A DNA stretch of 39,545 nucleotides, taken from the UHGV virus genome UHGV-0207529; one strand, written 5' to 3'. Shown here one piece after another: positions 27,347 through 39,018 of the stretch; the first letter of the stretch is position 1, and each line of letters opens with the position of its first letter. A program made the position numbers and the translations under genes. This DNA comes from a virus. The notes below the pieces were generated by a model. The model had not been told where the DNA came from, made no database searches, and saw nothing but the letters and a program-made list of their open reading frames with translations.

Positions 27347-29545
27347 ATGGCAGAAAAAAAGATGACTGACTGGCATCGCAAGGTGCTGTGCAACTTTGAT
27401 AATGCCTGGTCAGCAACGCAGGATATGCGTGAGCAGATTATTGAGGCTCAACGTTTCGTCCGGGTGTCCGGCGCACAGTGGGAAGGCAGCACAAACGCTG
27501 GTTACTCATTTGATGAAGGCAGGTTTGAGCATTACCCGCGCTTTGAACTGAATAAGATTGCCCGTGAATGTGATCGCATCATTGGCGAGTATCGACAGAA
27601 TCGCATCAGCGTTAAATTCAGGCCGAAGGACGATAAGGCATCGGAAGCGTTAGCCGAAAAGATGAATGGTAAATTCCGCGCTGACTATCAGGAAACATCC
27701 GGTGGTGAAGCGTGTGATAACGCATTTGATGATGCTGTAACGGGAGGATTCGGTTGTTTCCGCATGTGTGCCGATTACGAAGATGAAATGGATCCGAGTA
27801 ACGAGCAACGCCGTATAAGCCTTCTCCCGGTTTACGACCCAGCGACATGCGTCTTCTTCGATCAGGACAGCAAGCAATATGACCGCTCTGATGCTATGTG
27901 GGCTATGGAAATGTTCTCCATGACGCCTAAAGCGTTCGAGGCTGAATACCCTGATTCCATCGCAGCAAGTCTTCCTCGTGATGACACTGGTACTCAGTAT
28001 GACTGGTCAACGCCCGATGCCATCTATGTTGGACGTTACTACGAAGTCCGCATAGAGAAGGTGAAGCTCACGGCGTGGCGCAACCCTGTTAGCGGAGAAA
28101 CGGCAATCTATGATGAAGAGCAAATCAAAGATATTGTCGACGAGCTGACCGATGGTGCATTCGAACTGATTGGCGAGCGAACGGTGAAGAAGCGCCGCGT
28201 TTATTGCGGTCTTCTGTCTGGCGCTGAATGGCTGGAAGAACCGAAGCGTATTCCGGGTGAACATATTCCTCTCATCCCGGTATATGGGCGTCGTTCATTT
28301 GTTGATAATCAGGAGCGAATCGAAGGCCACGCAGCAAAAGCGATGGATGCACAGCGTCTTGAGAACCTGATGGTTTCCATGATTGCAGATAACGCTACTC
28401 AGGCTGGCGGAGATGGCATTCCTATCGTGGATGTTGATTTTATCCCCGGTCCATTAATGAATCACTGGGCGGAGAGGAATAAGAAAAGACCAGCCGTTCT
28501 TCCTATGACCAGCAAGAAGGACAAAAACGGAACAGTCATTTCAGAAGCTCAGGTTGCTGGCTGGACACCTCCGACACAAATGCCTCCTGCTCTTGCCGGG
28601 CTATTGCAGTACACCGGAACGGCTATTCAGCAAATTACAGGCGCGTCGCAGCTTGAGAACATGCCGAGCAACGTCGCTACCGATACCGTTGATAGCATCT
28701 TTAACCGGATGGACACGCAGTCCTATATCTACATGGACAACATGGCTAAATCCATGCGCCGCGCTGGCGTCGTGTGGCTTTCTATGGCGCGTGAGGTCTA
28801 TGGCAGTGATACGCCGATGCGTATCGTTAATGAGGACGGCAGCGATGACGTGGCGCTGATGACTGGTGAAGTGGTTGACCGTCAGACAGGGCAGGTTATC
28901 GCGCTTAATGACCTTTCGCAGGGTAACTATGAAGTGACTGTCGATGTTGGTCAGTCGTTCGCTACTCGCCGTGATGCAACGGTTAAGTCGTTACTTTCCA
29001 TGCTGGCACTTATCCCACCAGGAACGCCGAAGCACGACCTTGTATCGTCGATGATTCTCGACAATATGGACGGCGAAGGGATGGACGACCTTAAAGAATA
29101 CAACCGCAATCAGTTGCTTCTGTCTGGAGTTATCAAACCGAGAACGCCTGAAGAACAGCAGATGGTTGAACAGGCGAAACAACAACAGGCCAGTCAGCCG
29201 GATCCGGCTATGGTTGCTGCGCAAGGTCAGCTTCTTGCTGGTCAGGCTGAATTGCAGAAAGCGCAGAACGAACAAGCAGCCATTCAGGTTAAAGCATTCC
29301 AGGCACAGACGGATGCTCAGGTTGCTGCGGCAAATGTTGTGAAAATCCTCGCATCTGCTGATAGCCAGCAGAAATCTGATATCCGCGAGGCTCTGAAACT
29401 GCTCGGACAGTTCCAGCAACAGCAAGGAGACAATGCCCGTGCTGATGCAGAGCTTGTCCTGAAAAGTCAGGCACAGGGCCATGCGCAGCGCATGGACATC
29501 AGCAGCATCCTGCAAAAATCAACTCAGCAACAACCACAGCAGTAA
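27347..29545 (+). CDS. Portal protein (P22 gp1-type)
   Basis: 732 aa; GEHIPLIPVYG and the C-terminal Gln-rich helical barrel segment match P22 portal as I recall it. Confidence 0.9.
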   Translation: MAEKKMTDWHRKVLCNFDNAWSATQDMREQIIEAQRFVRVSGAQWEGSTNAGYSFDEGRFEHYPRFELNKIARECDRIIGEYRQNRISVKFRPKDDKASEALAEKMNGKFRADYQETSGGEACDNAFDDAVTGGFGCFRMCADYEDEMDPSNEQRRISLLPVYDPATCVFFDQDSKQYDRSDAMWAMEMFSMTPKAFEAEYPDSIAASLPRDDTGTQYDWSTPDAIYVGRYYEVRIEKVKLTAWRNPVSGETAIYDEEQIKDIVDELTDGAFELIGERTVKKRRVYCGLLSGAEWLEEPKRIPGEHIPLIPVYGRRSFVDNQERIEGHAAKAMDAQRLENLMVSMIADNATQAGGDGIPIVDVDFIPGPLMNHWAERNKKRPAVLPMTSKKDKNGTVISEAQVAGWTPPTQMPPALAGLLQYTGTAIQQITGASQLENMPSNVATDTVDSIFNRMDTQSYIYMDNMAKSMRRAGVVWLSMAREVYGSDTPMRIVNEDGSDDVALMTGEVVDRQTGQVIALNDLSQGNYEVTVDVGQSFATRRDATVKSLLSMLALIPPGTPKHDLVSSMILDNMDGEGMDDLKEYNRNQLLLSGVIKPRTPEEQQMVEQAKQQQASQPDPAMVAAQGQLLAGQAELQKAQNEQAAIQVKAFQAQTDAQVAAANVVKILASADSQQKSDIREALKLLGQFQQQQGDNARADAELVLKSQAQGHAQRMDISSILQKSTQQQPQQ

Positions 29546-29635
29546 TTAACCCATAACGTGCAATGGCTGTCTTTATGAGGCCTGGCACCCTATTGCCTTC
29601 CGATGGGCTGAACATCGAGTAAACAGGGGTAACAA

Positions 29636-30529
29636 ATGGACCAGATGGCAGAAAACACACCAGAAGTTGAAATCGAAACCGACGCGTCAGAGCAGATTCC
29701 TGATGATGTCGAACTGGCTGAAGAAGTCGAAACAGAAGATGGCAGTGAGTCCTCCGGCAATGATGCAGAGGAAGCTACTGAAACTGATGACGACGAATCA
29801 GAGCAGGAATTCTACTTTGGTGATGAAAAGCTGGATTCGCCAACCAGCGAAGATAGCGCAGAGCATGGACTGGTAAAACACCTGCGCAAGACGATTAAAG
29901 AGAAAGACCGCGAGCTGAAAGAGCTGATGCGTCAGTCTCAGAAACCCGTCGAGCAGCAGCCGGTAATCACTCAACCACCGCGAATGCCAAAACTGGATGA
30001 TGAGGACATCGGTTTCGATGAAGAAATCTATCAGCAACGCATGGCTAAGTGGGCAGAGGATAACGGAAAGTACCAGCAACAGGAGATGGCTCGCAAGCAG
30101 AAGGAGCAGGAGCTTCAGGCTGCTTATCAAGAGCGATTATCCAAATATCAGCAACGTGTTAAGGCTCTCAAGGTTCCTGGCTATCAGGAAGCAGAACAGG
30201 CCGTACTCGAGGAAATCCCCATCGAGACACAAAACGCGATCCTGTTTGAGTCAGAGAAGCCGGAAATCGTTGTTCTGGCGCTTGGTCGCAACGCTGAACT
30301 GCGCAAGCAACTGGCAGAAGCTACCAACCCCGTAGCAATTGGTCGTCTGCTGGAACGTATCGAATCTAAGGCCAGAATCATGCCAAAAGCAAAAACCACG
30401 GCAGCCACAACCCCGACAGTTAAGGGGAGCAACGGCGCAGTAATCAACAACCTCGACAAATTGAAAGCCAAGGCGCTGGAAACTGGTGACTGGACGCCGT
30501 ATTTCGCCGCTAAAAAGGCAAAAAAATAA
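29636..30529 (+). CDS. Scaffolding protein (P22 gp8-type)
   Basis: 297-aa acidic, helical protein between the portal and coat genes. Confidence 0.8.
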   Translation: MDQMAENTPEVEIETDASEQIPDDVELAEEVETEDGSESSGNDAEEATETDDDESEQEFYFGDEKLDSPTSEDSAEHGLVKHLRKTIKEKDRELKELMRQSQKPVEQQPVITQPPRMPKLDDEDIGFDEEIYQQRMAKWAEDNGKYQQQEMARKQKEQELQAAYQERLSKYQQRVKALKVPGYQEAEQAVLEEIPIETQNAILFESEKPEIVVLALGRNAELRKQLAEATNPVAIGRLLERIESKARIMPKAKTTAATTPTVKGSNGAVINNLDKLKAKALETGDWTPYFAAKKAKK

Positions 30530-30547
30530 CCTATCGGAGCATTAAGC

Positions 30548-31807
30548 ATGGCTAACCAATTAGCAAAAGACCTTGAAATCATGTTCGAAAACTACGTTGA
30601 AGGCTTTGAGGCCGCCTGCGTAGTTTCCCGTAACGCTAAAAAATTCCGTCCCGGTGATACAGCAATGCAGCGAGCAGGTGATGTTCTGTATCGTCCGCAG
30701 CATTACCACATGAACATTGAGGAGGGCTTGGACCTCAGCGAAAAAACACCAACAGCACTGGTTCAGCGCCTTGTTCCTTCTGTGTTCAAGGAGCCGAAAA
30801 ACATTCTGTACACTCTGGATGCGCGTGAAATGCGTGACCCGGAACATAAAACTGAAGCTGGTCGAGCCGCAGGTATGCGCCTTGCTGCACAGATTGACTC
30901 TGACCTGATTTCCATGGTCACGCAGCGTGCTACTAACGTGGTCGCAATCCCTGCCTCAGAAAATGGCTCACGGGGCCTTGCCTTGTGGAATGGTGCGGCA
31001 GATATTGATGCCACCATGACCGCGATTGGTGTACCTCAGGGTATCAACCGTCGCTCTTTCTGGAACCCCTTCAACTACAAAGACCTTGCTGGCGAGCTTG
31101 GTCACCGTGCCTACGCTCAGGGCGCAACCCTGACAGCATACGAAAAAGCGCAGATCCCTCCTGTTGCTTCCTTTGATAGCTACAAGACCGATATTTCTGG
31201 TCGATTACCGAAAGGAAGCGCTGAATCCTTGACAGTATCAGGCCAACCTGAACACAAGGTTGAAGCGAAAGATTTAAATGGTATGCCAGTTGATAACCGA
31301 CAGGGGACTATTACGGTATCTGCTAAAGGCTTGCAGGTTGGCGATGCGTTTACCATCGCAGGTGTGAATTCCGTACACCAGATCACCAAAGATACCACCG
31401 GGCAGCCGCAGGTATTCCGCGTTCTGGCAGTAGACACAGCAGGAACCACCGTAACAATCTCTCCAAAGATTCTCCCTGTTGAAAATGCCGATGTTGCGAG
31501 CCGTCCATATGCAAACGTCGATGCCAAGCCGGCAGAAACTGCAGCAATCACCATTCTCAACAAGAACGCAGCACCTGCTAACCTGTTCTGGGCTGATGGT
31601 TCTGTTGAGCTGATGTACGGCAAACTGGCGTTCCCGACTGGTCAGGGTCCACAGGTAATGACAGCAACCACCGAGCAGGGCGCTACGCTGATCATGTCTT
31701 ACGCCTTCGACCACATCAAAGGCGTAACCACTGCTCGTTTCACCACTCTGTACGGCTGCTCTGTACTTGTTCCTGAATATACGGGCATCGTTATTGCCGG
31801 GCAGTAA
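30548..31807 (+). CDS. Major coat protein (P22 gp5-type)
   Basis: 419 aa in the coat position; conserved NLFWADG-type motif. Confidence 0.9.
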   Translation: MANQLAKDLEIMFENYVEGFEAACVVSRNAKKFRPGDTAMQRAGDVLYRPQHYHMNIEEGLDLSEKTPTALVQRLVPSVFKEPKNILYTLDAREMRDPEHKTEAGRAAGMRLAAQIDSDLISMVTQRATNVVAIPASENGSRGLALWNGAADIDATMTAIGVPQGINRRSFWNPFNYKDLAGELGHRAYAQGATLTAYEKAQIPPVASFDSYKTDISGRLPKGSAESLTVSGQPEHKVEAKDLNGMPVDNRQGTITVSAKGLQVGDAFTIAGVNSVHQITKDTTGQPQVFRVLAVDTAGTTVTISPKILPVENADVASRPYANVDAKPAETAAITILNKNAAPANLFWADGSVELMYGKLAFPTGQGPQVMTATTEQGATLIMSYAFDHIKGVTTARFTTLYGCSVLVPEYTGIVIAGQ

Positions 31808-31814
31808 TTTTGGT

Positions 31815-31836
31815 GGGGCTTCGGCCCCATTTTTAT
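31815..31836 (+). terminator. Rho-independent terminator/attenuator after the coat gene
   Basis: Hairpin ggggc-ttcg-gcccc followed by ATTTTTATT. Confidence 0.6.
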
Positions 31837-31848
31837 TGGGAGAAGACA

Positions 31849-32037
31849 ATGGCACGAACAATGCTCTATAAGCCTGGCAACATGATCACCTGTGGTCAGT
31901 TTGCTGTCGATTACATCATTGTTGATGACGAAGAAGTTAAATCTCACCTGAAAAAAGGTTGGGTAAAAACTCCTGAAGAAACCGCAACGAAGCAAAAAGT
32001 GGCTAAGGCGGAAGAAGATGGCGAAAACGAAGGGTGA
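31849..32037 (+). CDS. Hypothetical small protein between coat and gp4
   Basis: Internal ATG with GGGAGAAG SD in track ORF 31810..32037. Confidence 0.4.
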   Translation: MARTMLYKPGNMITCGQFAVDYIIVDDEEVKSHLKKGWVKTPEETATKQKVAKAEEDGENEG

Positions 32038-32479
32038 TCTCGTTCTAAAGGCTTTACGAAAAGCCGGGCTGTATTCCAATGCCACGTTGACAGATGCTGA
32101 CCCTCAGGCAATTGAAGATGCCATTAATGACCTCGAAGACATGATGGCAGCATGGCAGGCGAAAGGTATCGAGCTTGGATATCAGTTTGCTGATACAGAA
32201 AACGGCATCATGCCGTTACCTGACGATGATTCAGGTATCCCTGCATGGGCAAATGATGGCGTCGCTTTGAAGCTCGCTGTGCAGGTGTGCATGGATAACG
32301 TCATTCAGCCGTCGGATGCTCTCCTGACCGCTGCTGACAGTGCATATCAGACAATCTGTATCGCTTTAACCAAAATACCACCACTTGAGCGACGAAATGA
32401 CATGCCTCGCGGTAGTGGTAACAAAAGCGCGTTTACGTGGAATCGGTTTTACATCGAGAAAGATAATCCGAGTACGTGA
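32018..32479 (+). CDS. Head completion/tail adaptor protein (P22 gp4-type)
   Basis: KTKGDLVLKALRKAGLYSNATLTD...DLEDMMAAW matches the P22 gp4 N-terminus as I recall it. Confidence 0.8.
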   Translation: MAKTKGDLVLKALRKAGLYSNATLTDADPQAIEDAINDLEDMMAAWQAKGIELGYQFADTENGIMPLPDDDSGIPAWANDGVALKLAVQVCMDNVIQPSDALLTAADSAYQTICIALTKIPPLERRNDMPRGSGNKSAFTWNRFYIEKDNPST

Positions 32480-32488
32480 GGTGAATAA

Positions 32489-33907
32489 ATGCCGATTCAG
32501 CAACTTCCGCTTATGAAAGGTGTCGGAAAAGACTTCCGAAACGCCGACTATATCGACTATCTGCCAGTGAATATGTTGGCTACACCCAAAGAAATCCTGA
32601 ACAGTAGCGGATATCTTCGCTCATTCCCGGGCATTGCCAAACGTTCTGATGTGAACGGTGTATCGCGCGGCGTCGAGTACAACATGGCGCAGAATGCTGT
32701 TTATCGCGTGTGTGGTGGCAAACTGTACAAAGGAGAAAGTGAAGTCGGTGATGTTGCCGGAAGTGGTCGCGTATCAATGGCACATGGTCGGACATCACAG
32801 GCGGTAGGCGTTAATGGTCAACTGGTCGAGTATCGCTATGATGGCACGGTTAAAACCGTCTCAAACTGGCCTACAGACAGCGGATTCACGCAGTATGAGT
32901 TAGGTTCTGTTCGTGACATTACTCGTTTACGTGGGCGTTATGCGTGGTCAAAAGACGGCACTGATTCATGGTTTATCACTGACCTTGAGGACGAATCGCA
33001 TCCTGACCGTTACAGTGCTCAATATCGCGCAGAATCGCAGCCGGACGGCATCATAGGTATCGGCACATGGCGAGATTTCATCGTCTGTTTTGGTTCATCG
33101 ACGATTGAATATTTCTCCCTGACTGGTGCAAACACCGTTGGTGCCGCTTTGTATGTTGCACAGCCATCACTGATGGTGCAGAAAGGAATTGCCGGGACTT
33201 ACTGTAAAACGCCGTTTGCTGATTCGTATGCGTTTATCAGCAATCCGGCAACAGGTGCGCCGTCTGTATACATCATCGGCTCCGGTCAGGTGTCACCAAT
33301 CGCCAGCGCGAGCATTGAGAAAATACTACGCTCCTACACTGCTGATGAACTGGCTGATGGCGTGATGGAGTCTCTGCGATTTGATGCGCATGAGCTGCTG
33401 ATTATTCACCTGCCGCGCCATGTCCTCGTGTACGACGCATCTTCAAGCGCCAATGGTCCGCAATGGTGCGTACTGAAAACAGGCCTGTATGACGATGTGT
33501 ACCGCGCTATCGACTTCATTTACGAAGGCAATCAGATAACGTGCGGCGATAAGCTGGAATCCGTGACCGGGAAATTGCAGTTCGATATCAGCAGCCAGTA
33601 TGGGCTACAGCAAGAACACCAGTTGTTTACACCACTCTTCAAAGCTGAGAACGCCAGATGTTTTGATCTGGAGGTGGAATCATCGACTGGTGTCGCTCAG
33701 TACGCTGACCGCCTGTTCCTCTCTGCAACCACTGACGGCATCAACTGGGGACGTGAGCAGATGATTGAGCAGAATGAACCGTTCGTTTACGACAAACGCG
33801 TTTTGTGGAAGCGAGTAGGGCGCATCAGGAAAAACATTGGATTCAAATTGCGCGTTATCACGAAGTCACCTGTCACTCTGTCAGGCTGCCAGATAAGGAT
33901 CGAGTAA
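32489..33907 (+). CDS. Tail hub protein (P22 gp10-type)
   Basis: 472 aa, same length as P22 gp10, in the conserved position. Confidence 0.8.
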   Translation: MPIQQLPLMKGVGKDFRNADYIDYLPVNMLATPKEILNSSGYLRSFPGIAKRSDVNGVSRGVEYNMAQNAVYRVCGGKLYKGESEVGDVAGSGRVSMAHGRTSQAVGVNGQLVEYRYDGTVKTVSNWPTDSGFTQYELGSVRDITRLRGRYAWSKDGTDSWFITDLEDESHPDRYSAQYRAESQPDGIIGIGTWRDFIVCFGSSTIEYFSLTGANTVGAALYVAQPSLMVQKGIAGTYCKTPFADSYAFISNPATGAPSVYIIGSGQVSPIASASIEKILRSYTADELADGVMESLRFDAHELLIIHLPRHVLVYDASSSANGPQWCVLKTGLYDDVYRAIDFIYEGNQITCGDKLESVTGKLQFDISSQYGLQQEHQLFTPLFKAENARCFDLEVESSTGVAQYADRLFLSATTDGINWGREQMIEQNEPFVYDKRVLWKRVGRIRKNIGFKLRVITKSPVTLSGCQIRIE

Positions 33908-34608
33908 TGGCTGATTCGAATCTCAATACACCTGTTGTGGTTCAGGCTACGCGGCTTGATGCTTCAATTTTGCCACGCAATATATTCAGCCAGTCTTACC
34001 TGCTGTATGTCATTAATCAGGGGGCTGATGTCGGCGCAATTGCCGGGAAGGCAAATCAGGCTGGTCAGGGCGCTTACGATGCTCAAGTGAAAAACGATGA
34101 ACAGGACGTCGAACTGGCAGATCACGATGCAAGAATCACCGCAAACACAAAAGCGATAAATCTCCTTGAGGTCAGGTTAACAACTGCCGAAGGGAAGATT
34201 GTCGTACTGCGTAGCGATGTTGATCACTTGCTGGGTGAGGTTGTCGATATTCAGGCGCATCTGGTCACTGTTGACCAAAGACTGGATGACGTAGAAAACG
34301 ATGTCTCTGGCATTAAGAGTGATTACGTATCGAAAACCGTAACAGAATCGCAGTCTCTTGCGTCACCGCTGGATGTAAAAACATCATATTCAGTTGATGG
34401 AATTCAGGTCGTTGGAGCAAGGCAGACAGGATGGACTGCAGCCACAGGTACGCCACTTCTTGGCTCATTCAACGCAAACCAGTCATACACTGTCGGCACT
34501 ACGTACACGCAATCCGAAGTCGCGGCTCTCGCTACAGGTTTGGAGCAGGCGCGGCAGCGTATTCTGGCGCTTGAAACAGCACTTAGATTACATGGGCTGA
34601 TTGACTGA
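33907..34608 (+). CDS. Tail needle protein (P22 gp26-type)
   Basis: 233 aa; [36 protein letters not shown]... and C-terminal RLHGLID match P22 gp26; TAATG overlap with the upstream gene. Confidence 0.85.
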   Translation: MADSNLNTPVVVQATRLDASILPRNIFSQSYLLYVINQGADVGAIAGKANQAGQGAYDAQVKNDEQDVELADHDARITANTKAINLLEVRLTTAEGKIVVLRSDVDHLLGEVVDIQAHLVTVDQRLDDVENDVSGIKSDYVSKTVTESQSLASPLDVKTSYSVDGIQVVGARQTGWTAATGTPLLGSFNANQSYTVGTTYTQSEVAALATGLEQARQRILALETALRLHGLID

Positions 34609-35063
34609 TGATTACATTCAAACCAACGCGAAACATCGACATGATCGAAGCAGTCGGAAATCACCCTGACATTATTGCCGGAAGCAACAACGGTGATGGA
34701 TACGACTACAAGCCTGAATGCCGTTACTTCGAGGTTAACGTGCACGGGCAGTTCGGAGGAATTGTTTACTATCAGGAGATTCAGCCGCTGACATTCGATT
34801 GCCACGCCATGTACCTGCCAGAGATTCGCGGCTTCAGCAAGGAAATCGGGCTGGCGTTCTGGCGATACATTCTGACTAACACCACCGTTCAGTGCATCAC
34901 ATCGTTCGCCGCACGCAAATTCCGCCACGGGCAGATTTACTGCGCAATGATTGGCCTTAAGCGTGTCGGAACCATCAAGAAATACTTTAAAGGCGTGGAT
35001 GACGTGACGTTTTACAGCGCCACACGCGAAGAACTAATCGACTTCCTGAATCACGGGAGATAG
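34608..35063 (+). CDS. P22 gp14-position protein
   Basis: 151-aa ORF between the needle and ejection genes; assigned by position. Confidence 0.55.
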   Translation: MITFKPTRNIDMIEAVGNHPDIIAGSNNGDGYDYKPECRYFEVNVHGQFGGIVYYQEIQPLTFDCHAMYLPEIRGFSKEIGLAFWRYILTNTTVQCITSFAARKFRHGQIYCAMIGLKRVGTIKKYFKGVDDVTFYSATREELIDFLNHGR

Positions 35064-35065
35064 CC

Positions 35066-35761
35066 ATGTTATATGCATTTAAGCTGGGCAGAAAACTGCG
35101 CGGCGAGGAACCTTATTGCCCTGAAAAAGGCGGGAAAGGTGGCAGTTCTGATAAAAGTGCAAAGTATGCCGCAGAAGCTCAGAAGTATGCAGCAGACCTG
35201 CAAAATCAGCAGTTCAACACCATCATGAACAACCTGAAACCGTTTACTCCTCTGGCTGGGAAGTATGTCGGCAGCCTTGAGAACTTATCGTCTCTGGAGG
35301 GGCAAGGTCAGGCACTTAACCAGTATTACAACTCTCAGCAGTACAAAGACCTTGCAAGTCAGGCTCGCTATCAGAGTCTGGCGGCAGCGGAAGCAACAGG
35401 TGGATTGGGTTCCGCTGCAACCGGTAATCAGTTAGCAACAATCGCACCAACGCTTGGTCAGCAATGGCTATCTGGTCAGATGAACAACTACCAGAATCTG
35501 GCAAATATTGGTCTTGGCGCTCTTCAGGGGCAGGCAAACGCCGGGCAAACATATGCCAACAACATGAGCCAGATTTCACAGCAAAGCGCGGCACTGGCGG
35601 CGGCAAACGCTAATAGACCTTCCGGCCTTCAATCTGCAATAGGCGGGGCTGCCTCTGGAGCAATTGCTGGAGCACAGCTTGGCAGCATTGTTCCCGGTAT
35701 TGGTACTGGTATTGGTGCCGCTGTTGGCGGCGGTCTTGGTCTTCTTGGTTCACTGTTTTAA
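35066..35761 (+). CDS. Ejection protein (P22 gp7-type)
   Basis: 231 aa; Gln/Ala/Gly-rich low-complexity C-terminus; conserved position. Confidence 0.7.
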   Translation: MLYAFKLGRKLRGEEPYCPEKGGKGGSSDKSAKYAAEAQKYAADLQNQQFNTIMNNLKPFTPLAGKYVGSLENLSSLEGQGQALNQYYNSQQYKDLASQARYQSLAAAEATGGLGSAATGNQLATIAPTLGQQWLSGQMNNYQNLANIGLGALQGQANAGQTYANNMSQISQQSAALAAANANRPSGLQSAIGGAASGAIAGAQLGSIVPGIGTGIGAAVGGGLGLLGSLF

Positions 35762-35771
35762 GGGTTAATCA

Positions 35772-37136
35772 ATGGCTACGTGGCAACAGGGTATTAATTC
35801 TGGTGGTTTTCTGGCTGGCATTGGTGCGCAAAATGAGAATGCGCCAAAAGCAAGCGACATTAACGCAACGCTTGGTCTGATCCGCGAAAACAATGAGTTG
35901 GCTCGCTCAGGTGCAAATAACGTTGGTCTGACCGCGTTACGTGGTCTGGCTGGAGTTGCTGATATTTATAAGCAGGAACAGCAACAGAAAGCGATTAATG
36001 CGTTCAATAAGGTTCACGCTGATGCATGGGCTTCTGGTGATCCATCGGGACTATTTAAGTTTGCCCAGAAAAATCCAGCGTTTGTTGCACAGGCACAACA
36101 GGCGTTTTCCGGTCTTAATGAGCAGCAACGCAACGATATGGGCGATTTAGCCATGAGGGCTAACGTCGCTCTTTCTCAGGGACCGGAAGCCTACAGTAAA
36201 TTCATTACTGACAACAAGGACAGGTTAAATCGCGTGGGGGCGAATGCTGACTGGATGATTCAGACAGGTATTCAGAATCCAGAGCAGCTATCACACATGC
36301 TGACTACTATGTCTCTCGGTGCACTTGGACCAGAAAAGGCGTTTGCTGTTCAGGATAAGATGGCTGGTCGTGAAATTGATCGAGGCAGGCTGGCAGAGAC
36401 AATCCGCAGCAATCAGGCTGGCGAGGCGCTAACAGCGCGTGGTCAGAATATCACGATGCGCGGTCAGGATTTATCGATGCAGAGAGCATCAATGAAAGGG
36501 GCGGTTGGGAATAATGAGCGTACAGTTCAGTTAGCAGATGGCAGAACTGTAACGGTAGGCGGGAAGCTTCACGGCGCTGGGGCTAATGCGTTCTACGAAG
36601 GTATCGACAACGAGGGGAATATGGTTCGCGTTCCTGCTGGCTCTATTGCCGCTCCGGCTACATCGGCAGCAAGTGCGCAGAATTACGCAATGAAGAAAGA
36701 TCTTGATGCAATTTCTGGTGCATCAATTGACGATCTTGGCTTCATGACTGGCATTACAGGCTCTTCAGGTTCTCCTGCTCTTGGTGCAGATATTCGTAGC
36801 CGTGCATCTGGTGGTGATCAGAGGAAACTATACAACGCTGCACAGCGAATCCAAGGAAAGATGCAGAATCAGGGCATTGCAGCAGCCAGAGACATGGGGG
36901 CATCCGGTATCAACACCGTTGCAGAAGCAAAGATGTATTTTCAAGGTATGCCACAGGTTGATTTCTCAAGCCCTGAAGCACTGCAACAATCAATGCGCGA
37001 CATTCAGCAATATACCGACAATTACAACCAACAATATAACGTTAATGTTGGTAAATCTCAGCGGCAGCAATCTCAACCTACACAGGTATCACAGCCAGCA
37101 GCCGGCAGTAACTTTTCTTCACTATGGGGTGATTAA
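35772..37136 (+). CDS. Ejection protein (P22 gp20-type)
   Basis: 454 aa in the conserved position. Confidence 0.75.
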   Translation: MATWQQGINSGGFLAGIGAQNENAPKASDINATLGLIRENNELARSGANNVGLTALRGLAGVADIYKQEQQQKAINAFNKVHADAWASGDPSGLFKFAQKNPAFVAQAQQAFSGLNEQQRNDMGDLAMRANVALSQGPEAYSKFITDNKDRLNRVGANADWMIQTGIQNPEQLSHMLTTMSLGALGPEKAFAVQDKMAGREIDRGRLAETIRSNQAGEALTARGQNITMRGQDLSMQRASMKGAVGNNERTVQLADGRTVTVGGKLHGAGANAFYEGIDNEGNMVRVPAGSIAAPATSAASAQNYAMKKDLDAISGASIDDLGFMTGITGSSGSPALGADIRSRASGGDQRKLYNAAQRIQGKMQNQGIAAARDMGASGINTVAEAKMYFQGMPQVDFSSPEALQQSMRDIQQYTDNYNQQYNVNVGKSQRQQSQPTQVSQPAAGSNFSSLWGD

Positions 37137-39001
37137 TGGCTAAAGCATGGAAAGATGTTATCGCCTCTCCACAGTATCAGGCGTTAACTGAAGAACAGAA
37201 AGCACAGGCTCAAGCGCAATATTTTGATGAGGTTGTTGCCCCTAAGGCTGGTGACAAATGGGCTGAAGCAAGAGATCAGTTTTATGCAGCATACCCTCCG
37301 CATCAGCAGCAGAAAGAAGAACCATCATTGATGCAACAAGCTGGCGATTGGCTCACAGGTGGTCAAAGTGCAGGGCAAATTGCAGAGCAGGCTGGTCGCG
37401 GTCTGGTAAACATACCATTTGACGTATTGCAGGGTGGCGCAAGTCTGATTAATGCAATCAGCCAGGGGCTTGGTGGCCCCAAGGTTTTGGACGATGTCTA
37501 TCGTCCAGTAGATCGACCAACAGACCCTTATGCGCAAGCTGGAGAAACAATTGGCGGGTATTTAGTTCCAGGAGTTGGAACGGCAGGAAGCATGGCTATT
37601 GGATCACTGGCAGAGGCCGCAAATCAGAAAGGCGATTTCGCACAAAATGCAGCTAAAAATGCCGGAGTTAACCTTGCCGCTCAGGGGGTTCTTTCCGCAG
37701 CAGCAAAGGGAATAGGGCGTGGAATTACTGCTGTTCGTGGCGAAATATCACCAGCAGATCAGCAATTGCTCAAGCGTGCCGCTGCGGCAGATGTACCAGT
37801 TATGACATCGGATGTAGTTCCTCCAAAAACAAAACTTGGCAATCAACTGCAGGGTTACTCAGAAGGAGTCATAGCTGGTACTGGACCAATGAGAGCCGCA
37901 CAGCAGGATGCCAGAACCAAGCTTGTTAATCGCTTCACCGAAAAATACGGCGACTACGATCCATCTGTAGTCGTTGATAGTCTAAAGTCAGGCGTTGCAA
38001 GGGAAAAATCGTTAGCCAAGTCAAAACTAAACAGCCTGTCAGGAAGAATGGTTGGAAAGCCAGTTGATACAAGTGGCGCCATAAGAGCTATCGACGGAGC
38101 AGTAAACGAACTTGGGAAACTTAAAGGTGTTTCTGACACCCAGACCATTTCTGCGCTTAATGATTATAAGAATGCCATTCAGGAGATAACAAATGGAGAT
38201 GATGCCTTTGAGTTACTTGATAAGCTGAGAACTCAGTTCCGCATTGACGTAAAAGGCGATCGTACAGTTCTGCCATCAATGTCGCAAACAATGGTCGACA
38301 GGGTCTATAACTCGCTAACCAATAGCCTTAGTAAATCTATAGCGAAAGGACTTAGCCCAAAAGATGCTTCAGCATGGAGAGCGGGAAAAGCTGATTATGC
38401 AAAAATGGCAACACATGCAACTCAAACGCGCCTTAAAAACGTTCTAAACAAAGGAGATTTAACTCCCGAGGCTGTAAATACCATTGTGTATGGACAATAT
38501 GGGTCAGATATAGCTCGATTGTACGGGAAACTCGATCAAAAAGGTAAAGACATGCTAAGGGCGGCATATATCAGCAAAATAGCTGACAAGGTAGGTGACA
38601 GCCCTCAGAAAATGATGACCGAGCTTGGCAAGCTGCAAAAACAAGCAAATGGTCAGGTGTTTAAAACTGTATTTGGTGGGAAGAACGGAAAAGAGATAGA
38701 GGGGATGTTATCTATTCTCGATGCTACCAAAAGAGCATCTGAGGCTAATGTTGTGACGAAGACTGGCATGACACTCGCGCCTTTGGTAAGGGTTATTGGT
38801 AACCTAAAAACCGGAGGCGCGCTATTGGCTGGGGAAACAGGGATTGGCCTTATGTCGAGGGTTTATGAAAGCCCTATGGCCAGGAATGCGCTCTTACGTC
38901 TGGCAAACACCAAAGCAGGAACGCCAGCCTATGAAAGAGCATTAAGTAACGCTGCAAATGCCATCAGACCGCTGCTTGCCACTGAGGCAACACAGCAGTG
39001 A
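37136..39001 (+). CDS. Ejection protein (P22 gp16-type)
   Basis: 621 aa, last gene of the ejection block. Confidence 0.75.
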   Translation: MAKAWKDVIASPQYQALTEEQKAQAQAQYFDEVVAPKAGDKWAEARDQFYAAYPPHQQQKEEPSLMQQAGDWLTGGQSAGQIAEQAGRGLVNIPFDVLQGGASLINAISQGLGGPKVLDDVYRPVDRPTDPYAQAGETIGGYLVPGVGTAGSMAIGSLAEAANQKGDFAQNAAKNAGVNLAAQGVLSAAAKGIGRGITAVRGEISPADQQLLKRAAAADVPVMTSDVVPPKTKLGNQLQGYSEGVIAGTGPMRAAQQDARTKLVNRFTEKYGDYDPSVVVDSLKSGVAREKSLAKSKLNSLSGRMVGKPVDTSGAIRAIDGAVNELGKLKGVSDTQTISALNDYKNAIQEITNGDDAFELLDKLRTQFRIDVKGDRTVLPSMSQTMVDRVYNSLTNSLSKSIAKGLSPKDASAWRAGKADYAKMATHATQTRLKNVLNKGDLTPEAVNTIVYGQYGSDIARLYGKLDQKGKDMLRAAYISKIADKVGDSPQKMMTELGKLQKQANGQVFKTVFGGKNGKEIEGMLSILDATKRASEANVVTKTGMTLAPLVRVIGNLKTGGALLAGETGIGLMSRVYESPMARNALLRLANTKAGTPAYERALSNAANAIRPLLATEATQQ

Positions 39002-39018
39002 CTAAATGCCATGGATGG

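Noticed and set aside
28991-29515. 174-aa minus-strand ORF inside the portal gene
   Set aside because: Antisense shadow of the Gln-rich C-terminal portal region; the sense ORF is supported by strong portal motifs.
31180-32085. Three minus-strand ORFs (128-195 aa) overlapping the coat gene and its downstream region
   Set aside because: Antisense to the coat and gp4-type genes; the coat-gene terminator and coupled plus-strand starts account for the region.
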